From assembly GCA_038826135.1 (NCBI GenBank), contig JAWBON010000052.1:1-8029 (forward strand): a stretch of DNA of 8,029 bases, in the 5' to 3' direction. The notes under the pieces are model-generated. The model had not been told where the DNA came from and did not search any database. It saw only the letters and a program-made list of their open reading frames with translations. Made by a program: the position numbers and the translations under genes. This document shows positions 1 through 6,543 of this stretch, piece after piece. Position 1 is the first letter of the stretch. Every line of letters begins with the position of its first letter. The DNA is from Candidatus Odinarchaeota archaeon (GTDB lineage Archaea; Asgardarchaeota; Odinarchaeia; Odinarchaeales; Odinarchaeaceae).

Positions 1-35
1 ATAATATTGTCCTCTCCCCCCGTTGAAAGATTAAA

Positions 36-45
36 TTATATAATA
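36..45. promoter_or_regulatory. Palindromic TATA-like box (TTATATAA) upstream of the radical SAM gene, possibly bidirectional
   Basis: TTATATAATA at 36-45 lies about 36 nt before the ATG at 80. The identical 10-mer occurs at 6488-6497 in the other divergent intergenic region. Confidence 0.45.
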
Positions 46-69
46 AAAATAGGCCCACTTAAGAACATT

Positions 70-75
70 AGGTGA
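70..75 (+). promoter_or_regulatory. Shine-Dalgarno site (AGGTGA) of the radical SAM gene
   Basis: AGGTGA is 4 nt upstream of ATG 80 and complementary to the 16S 3' end (AUCACCU). The same motif precedes most genes in the window. Confidence 0.7.
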
Positions 76-79
76 ACTG

Positions 80-1438
80 ATGGAAACCGATGTCGTATTA
101 GTTTATCCTTATATAAACGTGGAATATGATAGATCTATTTTCAGATATCCTCCTTTGGGTTTAGGTTATTTAGCATCGAGTATATTGAATAAAAAAAAGG
201 ATTTAAGTGTTAAAATCGTTGACTGCACCTTTAAAACGCTAGAGAAAAGTATTAGTGAAATATTCAGATTAAATCCGAAAATACTAGGAATATATTCTAT
301 GGTTACTATAAATCATAATGCGATTAGAATAGCTAGAGCATTAAGAGATCATGTAAATTTGATGATAGCAGGCGGCCCTTTACCGACATTAACTCCTGAA
401 AGCTATTTAAATGAATTTGATTTAGTGATACTCGGAGAAGGAGAAAAAACAATAATTGAGGTATTAAACGAATGTGAGTCAAACAGAGACTGGAAGAAAA
501 TTAAAGGCATAGCTTATAAAAATAATAATAAAATTATGATAACAGGTAGAAGAAGCCTAATTAAAAACTTGGATACCATACCGTTCCCAGCCAGAGAATT
601 ATTTCCAAATAAAGAGTATAAATGGTATTGGCGGAAATTCCACGGTTATACTTCGACAAGTATTATCTCAACAAGAGGTTGTCCTTACACATGCGATTTC
701 TGCAGTAATCCAGTTTTCGGAGTAAGCTATAGAGAGCGAAGCCCGAGTAACGTTATTGAAGAGATGGTGGAAATAAAAGAGCTAGGGTATGAGAGAGTTT
801 TTTTCACAGATGATTGTTTTACTCAAAACCCTAAACGGATAGCTGAAATATGTGAGGTTATTATTAGAGAAAACATAGATTTGGAATGGGAGTGTTTAAG
901 CAGAGCAGATGTAATAACGAGGAAACTAGCGAAATTAATGTTTAACGCTGGTTGCAAACGCATATTTTTTGGTATAGAATCAGGTAATGATAGAGTCCTA
1001 AGAATAATAGGTAAAAAAATTACTAAAAGAGATGTTGAACGCTCCATTAAAATAACTGCTAAAACCGGAATTAAGACAGGGGGGTTCTTTATATTAGGAT
1101 ATCCTGGCGATACAACAGATACGATAATAGAGACGGTTAATTTTTCATCAGGTCTTCCCTTAGACTATTTATCATACTCATTCCCGTATCCTATTCCAGG
1201 GACAGGATTATATAATAAAGTTAAAGATAGAATAATCAGACAGGAATGGCGGAAGAAAAGAGGCTCATCAACTAGGCATGACCTGTTATATAAAAGTGGT
1301 TTTACAGAGTTCAAACTTCGAGTAGCAATGTATAAAGGATTATTCCAACATAAGTTAAATAAAAAAAGTTTTTTTAGTGATGTAATTAGATTGATTTTCA
1401 GAAAAGTAACAGATTTAATTCTAAAAATTATAAAATAA
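80..1438 (+). CDS. B12-binding domain-containing (class B) radical SAM protein, 452 aa
   Basis: CxxxCxxC motif SRGCPYTCDFC (C201/C205/C208, nt 680-703). The N-terminal cobalamin-binding Rossmann domain shows PPLGLGYLAS, AGGPLPT and LGEGE. The barrel motifs FTDDCF, FFGIESG, GFFILGYPGDT and PYPIPGT are present. Confidence 0.93.
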   Translation: METDVVLVYPYINVEYDRSIFRYPPLGLGYLASSILNKKKDLSVKIVDCTFKTLEKSISEIFRLNPKILGIYSMVTINHNAIRIARALRDHVNLMIAGGPLPTLTPESYLNEFDLVILGEGEKTIIEVLNECESNRDWKKIKGIAYKNNNKIMITGRRSLIKNLDTIPFPARELFPNKEYKWYWRKFHGYTSTSIISTRGCPYTCDFCSNPVFGVSYRERSPSNVIEEMVEIKELGYERVFFTDDCFTQNPKRIAEICEVIIRENIDLEWECLSRADVITRKLAKLMFNAGCKRIFFGIESGNDRVLRIIGKKITKRDVERSIKITAKTGIKTGGFFILGYPGDTTDTIIETVNFSSGLPLDYLSYSFPYPIPGTGLYNKVKDRIIRQEWRKKRGSSTRHDLLYKSGFTEFKLRVAMYKGLFQHKLNKKSFFSDVIRLIFRKVTDLILKIIK

Positions 1439-1490
1439 AAAGTAATTTAATAAAATTTACATTAAATAAATTCAATATGCTATGGTAACT

Positions 1491-1829
1491 CTATAAGTAT
1501 CTCCTATCCAGTATAGAAGAAACTGTTTTCTTAGAATTATAGAATTCTTTAGAAAGATATAAGCCGCAGTAGCAATGCCCGTGTTCTTTAATATCATCTG
1601 CAGCATACAAGCAAGGGCATATAATATCACGGTCACTGTTTCGATCGTTTTTAGAAAGACGGCACGGACAATTATAATATCCGTAACGGTTCCAGTTACT
1701 GGTCAGCCCTTCAACTAGAAAAGATACAAGTTCTTTATCCCAGTTAAGCACCCAGCCTCTGTGAGATGCCACCATGCTTACATATCGTTCAGTATCTGCT
1801 ATACTCTTTTTAGCAGAGGGCTTAGCCAA
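1491..1829 (-). CDS. ftrC: Ferredoxin:thioredoxin reductase catalytic-subunit-like protein (ferredoxin:disulfide reductase type), about 112 aa
   Basis: Three Cys pairs CPC (1670-1662), CPC (1619-1611) and CYC (1574-1566) followed by GLY, in the context RYGYYNCPCR, typical of the FTR catalytic [4Fe-4S]/disulfide fold. The preferred start is TTG 1829, which has AGAGGCG upstream and overlaps the glutaredoxin stop. The ORF track start at 1853 is the alternative. Confidence 0.9.
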   Translation of the reverse strand: MAKPSAKKSIADTERYVSMVASHRGWVLNWDKELVSFLVEGLTSNWNRYGYYNCPCRLSKNDRNSDRDIICPCLYAADDIKEHGHCYCGLYLSKEFYNSKKTVSSILDRRYL

Positions 1830-2151
1830 GTTTAAACGCCTCTTTAGCATCAATCTTATCTAAGATTGACTGATATTTCTCAGGGTTAAATCCTACATAA
1901 CACTCTTTTCCATCAACGATCAGAAATGGAAAAGCAACATGCTTGTTAAACTCTTTTTCCAGCTTCTCTACAAGCTCATCCTGAACTTTTAAAGGAAGCA
2001 AGTCAACATAAATATAGTCGAATTCAACCGCGTTCTCCTTCAAAAAATTTAAAGCACGTCTACAAAACCCGCAGGTAGATAGAGCGTAAACTGTTATTTT
2101 ACAAGCATTCCGACGACCTTCTACATGTGTGAATTTCAGATTCGAACTCAT
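1822..2151 (-). CDS. Glutaredoxin / NrdH-like redoxin, 109 aa
   Basis: VYALSTCGFC active site (C27/C30, nt 2073-2062), VAFP cis-Pro motif and GFNP tail give a thioredoxin fold. SD AAGGTG (2162-2157) lies 5 nt before the ATG. Confidence 0.9.
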   Translation of the reverse strand: MSSNLKFTHVEGRRNACKITVYALSTCGFCRRALNFLKENAVEFDYIYVDLLPLKVQDELVEKLEKEFNKHVAFPFLIVDGKECYVGFNPEKYQSILDKIDAKEAFKLG

Positions 2152-2319
2152 TTAAACACCTTAAATTATCAGTTATAATAGGTAATTATCGATTAATATT
2201 AGTATAAAAATATATTTATTGTTAGTGAAAAACCTATAAAGACATAACGGTGAATGATTAGGAAATAAGTTTAAAGACACGGATTTTAAAAATATAGTAT
2301 CGGATTAACCGGTGATTCA

Positions 2320-3495
2320 ATGGATCTACTTATAGTAAATGAAAAAACTCCTAACGAACACTTTGTAATATTAGCTGATAATAAACTCAACAAGATTATC
2401 GGCGGTTTCCAAGGTTTAGTTAAAAATGTTCATGTAATATGTGATGAAAATTATTATACTGAATCTAGTCTTAAAGGGGTTTTAAAACATCCTGTTAAAA
2501 ATATTAATAAAAATATAATTCATGAAACTATGCTCCGATTATTCTACCACATAATATTTCTAATTAGATTATTCAAGAAAGCAGTTGATATTGTAAGGAG
2601 AAATCCACAAATCTTTTTTATTACAAATGTCTCAGGACATTTTACAATAGGATTAGTAAATTTATTAGCTGCCAGACTAACTGGTAGAAGAAGCCTTTTA
2701 AGAGTTACTGAGAGCTCATATGTAGCTTTATTCACATATAAAAATAGGGGCCACATATCGAGATTAATAAACAGACTGGTTTACGGGCTTTGTTCACTAT
2801 TAGAGAAATTAGCCTTCAAAGGATCAAATAAAATTATTTCAGTAACACCACCGGAATATTATCAAAAGCTTAAAGGATTTGAATCTAAAACCGTTTTTAT
2901 CCCAGATATCATAGAAAAAGCACCAATAAATATTGGAAAAAAACTTAGTGAGAAAAAAATATTATTTACGGGAAGATTGGAATTAGAGAAGAGCCCGTTT
3001 ACATTTTTGAAAAGTTTATTACAGCTTTCAAAAAGTAGAAATGATTTTAAGAGTTTAATTGTGGGTAATGGCAGCTTAGAGAACACTGTTAGAAATTTTA
3101 TAGATAGGAATAAACTTCAAGAAATTGTTAAAATAGTTCCGACAATGCCACATAAAGAATTTATTAAGGTTTTAAAAAAAGCATATATTTTAGTTAACAG
3201 CTCGTATTTAGAGTTAATGCCGAATATCATCTTAGAGGCGATGGCTTGCGGCATCCCGGTAGTCGCCTCTAAAACTGGAGGGATACCTTACATTATTAAT
3301 GAAGGCTATAACGGATTCTTATTCAATCCTGGAGAAAGGCGAAAACTTACTGATTTAATTAATAAATTATTAGACGACGAGACTCTTAGACAGAGACTAT
3401 CTGTTAACTGTACAAGAAGATTTAAAGAAATTATTGAGAGGGATTTCAGTGCATCTGCGGTTCATGATAAATATGCGAATATTATTAAAACTTAA
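2320..3495 (+). CDS. Glycosyltransferase family 4 (GT-B fold), 391 aa
   Basis: C-terminal domain motifs ILFTGRLELEKS, IVGNGSLE and NSSYLELMPNIILEAMACGIPVVASKTGGIP (E-x7-E), followed by GYNGFLF. SD GGTGA at 2311-2315. Confidence 0.92.
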   Translation: MDLLIVNEKTPNEHFVILADNKLNKIIGGFQGLVKNVHVICDENYYTESSLKGVLKHPVKNINKNIIHETMLRLFYHIIFLIRLFKKAVDIVRRNPQIFFITNVSGHFTIGLVNLLAARLTGRRSLLRVTESSYVALFTYKNRGHISRLINRLVYGLCSLLEKLAFKGSNKIISVTPPEYYQKLKGFESKTVFIPDIIEKAPINIGKKLSEKKILFTGRLELEKSPFTFLKSLLQLSKSRNDFKSLIVGNGSLENTVRNFIDRNKLQEIVKIVPTMPHKEFIKVLKKAYILVNSSYLELMPNIILEAMACGIPVVASKTGGIPYIINEGYNGFLFNPGERRKLTDLINKLLDDETLRQRLSVNCTRRFKEIIERDFSASAVHDKYANIIKT

Positions 3496-4119
3496 ATTTT
3501 ACTAAATATGTAACGTTTTGCGCCGTTCCTTATCCTGGTTTTGATGGAAGCGTTTTATATTCGATAAATAATAGTGGTTGATTTTGTGTGCCCCATTCTT
3601 AATTTCCAAATCTCTTAAAGAGGGTACCTATATTTTTCATGTTCATTCATTTATAAATTCAAAGGATTTAATGCATTTGGCCTAGGTGAAGTGGGAAAAT
3701 GTTAAATATAGAAATAATTCTGGGGGTAGCTGGTATACTAATCTCTCTTCAATTATATATGATGACGGTAATGCTCTAGATTTTTCTTTTTACGTCGATG
3801 AATATCAAACCATCCATTCTGCTATACAAATAGCAGGCGGTTTAGAATATATTAAAAATGGCGGTGCTTTTCCCAGGATAGTGAATTTAAGTAAATTTGT
3901 AAATCAAGCTGCAGAATGTCCTCAGATATTGGTAGGAAAAAATAATCTCGTTTACATAGCATACACAAACGGAGCGAACATACTTTATATTATTAATTTA
4001 GCTGACCATATTTTCCAAGTTTCCTAGCTTTAATCATAATTATACTGATTACCATAGAAATTGCCACATTACCTAGTATATTTTTAATTCAATATTGGAA
4101 AAAGCATGAAGTTAAATAA
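3496..4119 (+). pseudogene. Degraded, 5'-truncated gene for a repeat (beta-propeller-like) surface protein with a C-terminal TM anchor; includes the track ORF 3686..4027
   Basis: Three consecutive frames join into one coherent repeat protein. Frame 3 (3498-3578) reads FTKYVTFCAVPYPGFDGSVLYSINNSG. Frame 2 (3575-4024) reads WLILCAPF...HSFINSKDLMHLA*(TAG 3683-3685)VKWENVKYRNNSGGSW...YIINLAD. Frame 1 (4006-4119) reads PYFPSFLALIIIILITIEIATLPSIFLIQYWKKHEVK*. The repeat period is 46-50 codons. No signal peptide or start context is visible. Confidence 0.65.
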
Positions 4120-5230
4120 TCTTATAATATAATTCTTCAACTTTCTTAACTACTTCATCCCATGAAAAGAGTTTTTCAACTATTTTAGCCCCGTGATCTC
4201 CCATCTTGTCTCTCAGCTCCGGTGAGTTAAGTATATCCCATGCATATTCAACAACTTTTTCCAATTCTTGAAGATTGAAAATGTACCCTGTATAACCATG
4301 CTGGACTACTTCGCATGTTCCTCCGACATTTGAAGCTATAACTGGAACACCGCAAGCTAAAGCTTCAATACACACCGTCGGTAGACCTTCAAGCCTTGAA
4401 GGTAATATTAACAGTGTACTCTGTGACAATATTTCTGGAATATCATCATGGTTTACAGCACCTAAAAATCGGATAGGATAACCGGCGGCAGCTTTAATTA
4501 AATCATATCTCAAGGAGCCGTCACCGACAACTGTAAATTTTATATCCGAATCTATTCGAGAAATTTTTTTAGCAATATCGATAAATAAGTCCGCTCCCTT
4601 CCAAGGCTCTAATCTACCTATAAAAGTAATATTTCTAGACCCGTTGTTAGTATTGTGATTGTTACAGAATTTTCTAGTATCAACCGCAGGAGGGATCCAA
4701 ACAAATTTCTCACGTTTACACTTAAAAATTCTTATAGCTTCACCTATATCTTTCTTCGACACTGAAGCAACTACGTCGGCGGCTCTAACTGTAAAGCTTC
4801 CAAGCGTAGGATCGTAAAACCATTTTTTCACCCAGAAGCGCTTTTCTCCTGAGCCATTTGGCTCAGGTATAATGCCGCCGTGCAGATGAAGAACATACTT
4901 ATATTTTTTCATCTTTTTAGCAAACGCCACTTGATTTGAAGTAAAGAAAATATGACCGTGCGCGTGAACTATATCGTATTTATCACCGTCTTGAAGCAGT
5001 TTAGGGAGTATTACTGTTAAAGGGTTAACATTCCAAAGATTGTTTATACAATTATACCGGTATATTTTAACGTCATTAATTTCCTCGTAAAACACTTGTT
5101 TATCAAAATTAGATGTAAGAATAGTGACTTCGTGACCCCTTTCAACCAATCGCTTCGATAACTGCATTGCAAAACGCTCTGAACCACCATAACGGCCTGG
5201 AGGATATGCTGAAACTTGGAGGATTCTCAC
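4112..5230 (-). CDS. Glycosyltransferase family 4 (GT-B fold), about 372 aa
   Basis: N-terminal RILQVSAYPPGRYGGSERF...RGHEV, DIVHAH and VLHLHG. C-terminal FIGRLEPWKG and LPSRLEGLPTVCIEALACGVPVIASNVGG (E-x7-E). The preferred start is GTG 5230 (MRILQV) with SD AGGTG at 5241-5237; the track's GTG 5239 lies inside that SD. Confidence 0.95.
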   Translation of the reverse strand: MRILQVSAYPPGRYGGSERFAMQLSKRLVERGHEVTILTSNFDKQVFYEEINDVKIYRYNCINNLWNVNPLTVILPKLLQDGDKYDIVHAHGHIFFTSNQVAFAKKMKKYKYVLHLHGGIIPEPNGSGEKRFWVKKWFYDPTLGSFTVRAADVVASVSKKDIGEAIRIFKCKREKFVWIPPAVDTRKFCNNHNTNNGSRNITFIGRLEPWKGADLFIDIAKKISRIDSDIKFTVVGDGSLRYDLIKAAAGYPIRFLGAVNHDDIPEILSQSTLLILPSRLEGLPTVCIEALACGVPVIASNVGGTCEVVQHGYTGYIFNLQELEKVVEYAWDILNSPELRDKMGDHGAKIVEKLFSWDEVVKKVEELYYKII

Positions 5231-5283
5231 ACAAAGCACCTGAAAATAAATTAATGCTTTAAAGCTTAAAAAATTTACTTAAA

Positions 5284-6450
5284 TTATTTCCGAATAGTTA
5301 CTCTAATAAATTCTATAATCTTTTTGGAGACAGCGGTCCAAGAATATTTTTCTTGACATATTTTCTTAGCATTTAAACCGATTGTTTTAATTTTATCAGG
5401 GTTATTTAAGAGTTCTAATATTTTCTCTGCTAAACTGTAAGGGGAATTATTTGAGATTATAAAACCGTTATGATTGTTAATAATAACTTTTGATACGCTA
5501 CCCGTGTTTAATGAAATAACAGGTTTACCGGCTGCGAAATACTCTAATAGCTTTATCGGTGCTTCGACAAACAGATTATGAGGGGTTTTCTTTAAAGAAA
5601 GTAAACTGATTTTTGCAATGGTTAGTAACTTAGGAATCTCAGAATGGGGGACCGACCCAATCATTATAATGTTATCTAAACCTAGTTCTGTGATAGATTT
5701 TTTAATTTGCTTTTCGAGCGGGCCGCTGCCAACTATCAGTAATTTAACATCAGAGCGTTTTTCAGAGATGAATTTCATCGCATCTAGTAAAATATTGAAA
5801 TCATACCATGGGGTTAAATTACCTATAAAAATAAGAATATTATATTTGTCTAACTTGTATTTTTCCCGAATTTTTTCTTCATCAAAAACTTTGTTAAATA
5901 ATTCAGGGTCTACTGCATTAGCTGAGAGCAGAATATTTTGTTTATTCTTTCGTATATTTCTACCATAATTATATAGAGGTGTACTAACACAAATCACGCC
6001 TTTAGCTTTATTAATAGTAACAGTATCTAACAGTTTATAAAGTCCAACTTTAAGGAAACGCTCATTTCTAAGTTGCGCTTCATAATAGTATAATCCGTTT
6101 ATCTCGAAAAAGACTGGTAGGCTAAACAATCTAGCAAGTATATTGACTATAAAAAAGAAAGTTGATTGACGGAGGTATATAGCATCAAATTTGCTAGCTT
6201 TACAAACTTTAAAAACAGTTAAAACCATGTTTAGCATGTTCAGAAAATTTCCTAATAATGGTGTAAAGAATCTCTTATAAAAATGGAAACGGACACCTAA
6301 AATATTTTTAAATCCTTTTTTTAACGGTTCAGGTGCAATAATAGTTACCTTAACATTTTGTTTATGAAAGTGACGTGCTAATTCAAGAAAATGAACAGCA
6401 TCACCTGTGATAGCCGGTAGACTTATATTAGCAATCATTAGCAATCTCAA
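5284..6450 (-). CDS. Glycosyltransferase family 4 (GT-B fold, P-x-K-L-x-E-Y subtype), about 388 aa
   Basis: GDAVHFLELARHF, FFEING, ANAVDP, IFIGNL, IVGSGP and APIKLLEYFAAGKPVI motifs. The preferred start is TTG 6450 (MRLLMIAN) with SD GGTGA at 6460-6456; the track's GTG 6459 lies inside that SD. Confidence 0.93.
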   Translation of the reverse strand: MRLLMIANISLPAITGDAVHFLELARHFHKQNVKVTIIAPEPLKKGFKNILGVRFHFYKRFFTPLLGNFLNMLNMVLTVFKVCKASKFDAIYLRQSTFFFIVNILARLFSLPVFFEINGLYYYEAQLRNERFLKVGLYKLLDTVTINKAKGVICVSTPLYNYGRNIRKNKQNILLSANAVDPELFNKVFDEEKIREKYKLDKYNILIFIGNLTPWYDFNILLDAMKFISEKRSDVKLLIVGSGPLEKQIKKSITELGLDNIIMIGSVPHSEIPKLLTIAKISLLSLKKTPHNLFVEAPIKLLEYFAAGKPVISLNTGSVSKVIINNHNGFIISNNSPYSLAEKILELLNNPDKIKTIGLNAKKICQEKYSWTAVSKKIIEFIRVTIRK

Positions 6451-6487
6451 TTCCTTCACCGTTTGAAATAAATATTAGAACACTGTT

Positions 6488-6497
6488 TTATATAATA
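6488..6497. promoter_or_regulatory. Palindromic TATA-like box (TTATATAA) between divergent genes
   Basis: TTATATAATA lies about 38 nt from the GT4 start (6450, -) and about 48 nt from the membrane-protein start (6544, +). It is identical to 36-45. Confidence 0.45.
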
Positions 6498-6543
6498 TTA
6501 ACATTAACAACTATTACTTAATTCATTTTGAAAGGCGTTTAGA

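Noticed and set aside
823-1047. 74-aa minus-strand ORF
   Set aside because: It is an antisense shadow wholly inside the well-supported radical SAM gene, with no motifs or SD.
1360-1376. Perfect inverted repeat TAAAAAAA-G-TTTTTTTA near the 3' end of the radical SAM gene
   Set aside because: It is a pure A/T stem with a 1-nt loop inside coding sequence (NKKSFF). It could act as an oligo-T terminator for the convergent operon, but nothing else supports that.
2249-2268. GGTGA followed by the 4-codon ORF MIRK (2254-2268) upstream of the GT4
   Set aside because: The SD abuts the ATG with no spacer, and the ORF is too short to distinguish from chance.
2544-3086. Two short minus-strand ORFs (2544..2756 and 2862..3086)
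   Set aside because: Both are antisense shadows of the GT4 gene, with Leu/Phe/Ile-rich composition typical of reverse-read A-rich coding DNA.
3579-3685. Stop-codon recoding (pyrrolysine at TAG 3683, selenocysteine or Trp at TGA 3579)
   Set aside because: TAG terminates the FTR-like gene normally, no SECIS-like hairpin or pyl/sel gene is visible, and the same relic also needs two frameshifts and lacks a 5' end. Decay is the simpler explanation.
3699-3779. 26-aa hydrophobic mini-ORF MLNIEIILGVAGILISLQLYMMTVML with AGGTGA 9 nt upstream
   Set aside because: It overlaps the stronger repeat-encoding frame, off-frame ORFs in AT-rich DNA are hydrophobic by default, and the SD-like motif is formed by the TAG-GTG junction. 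It is worth revisiting only with Ribo-seq evidence.
3686-4027. The 113-aa ORF as a stand-alone gene
   Set aside because: Its GTG directly follows an in-frame TAG, it has no properly spaced SD, and the repeat pattern continues upstream and downstream in other frames. It is better explained as a pseudogene fragment.
5618-5968. 116-aa plus-strand ORF
   Set aside because: It is an antisense shadow within the GT4 at 5284-6450 and has no recognisable features.
6428-6449. Short tandem duplication TTAGCAATC x2
   Set aside because: There are only two 9-nt copies, reflecting the LLMIAN codons of the GT4 N-terminus. It is not an array.
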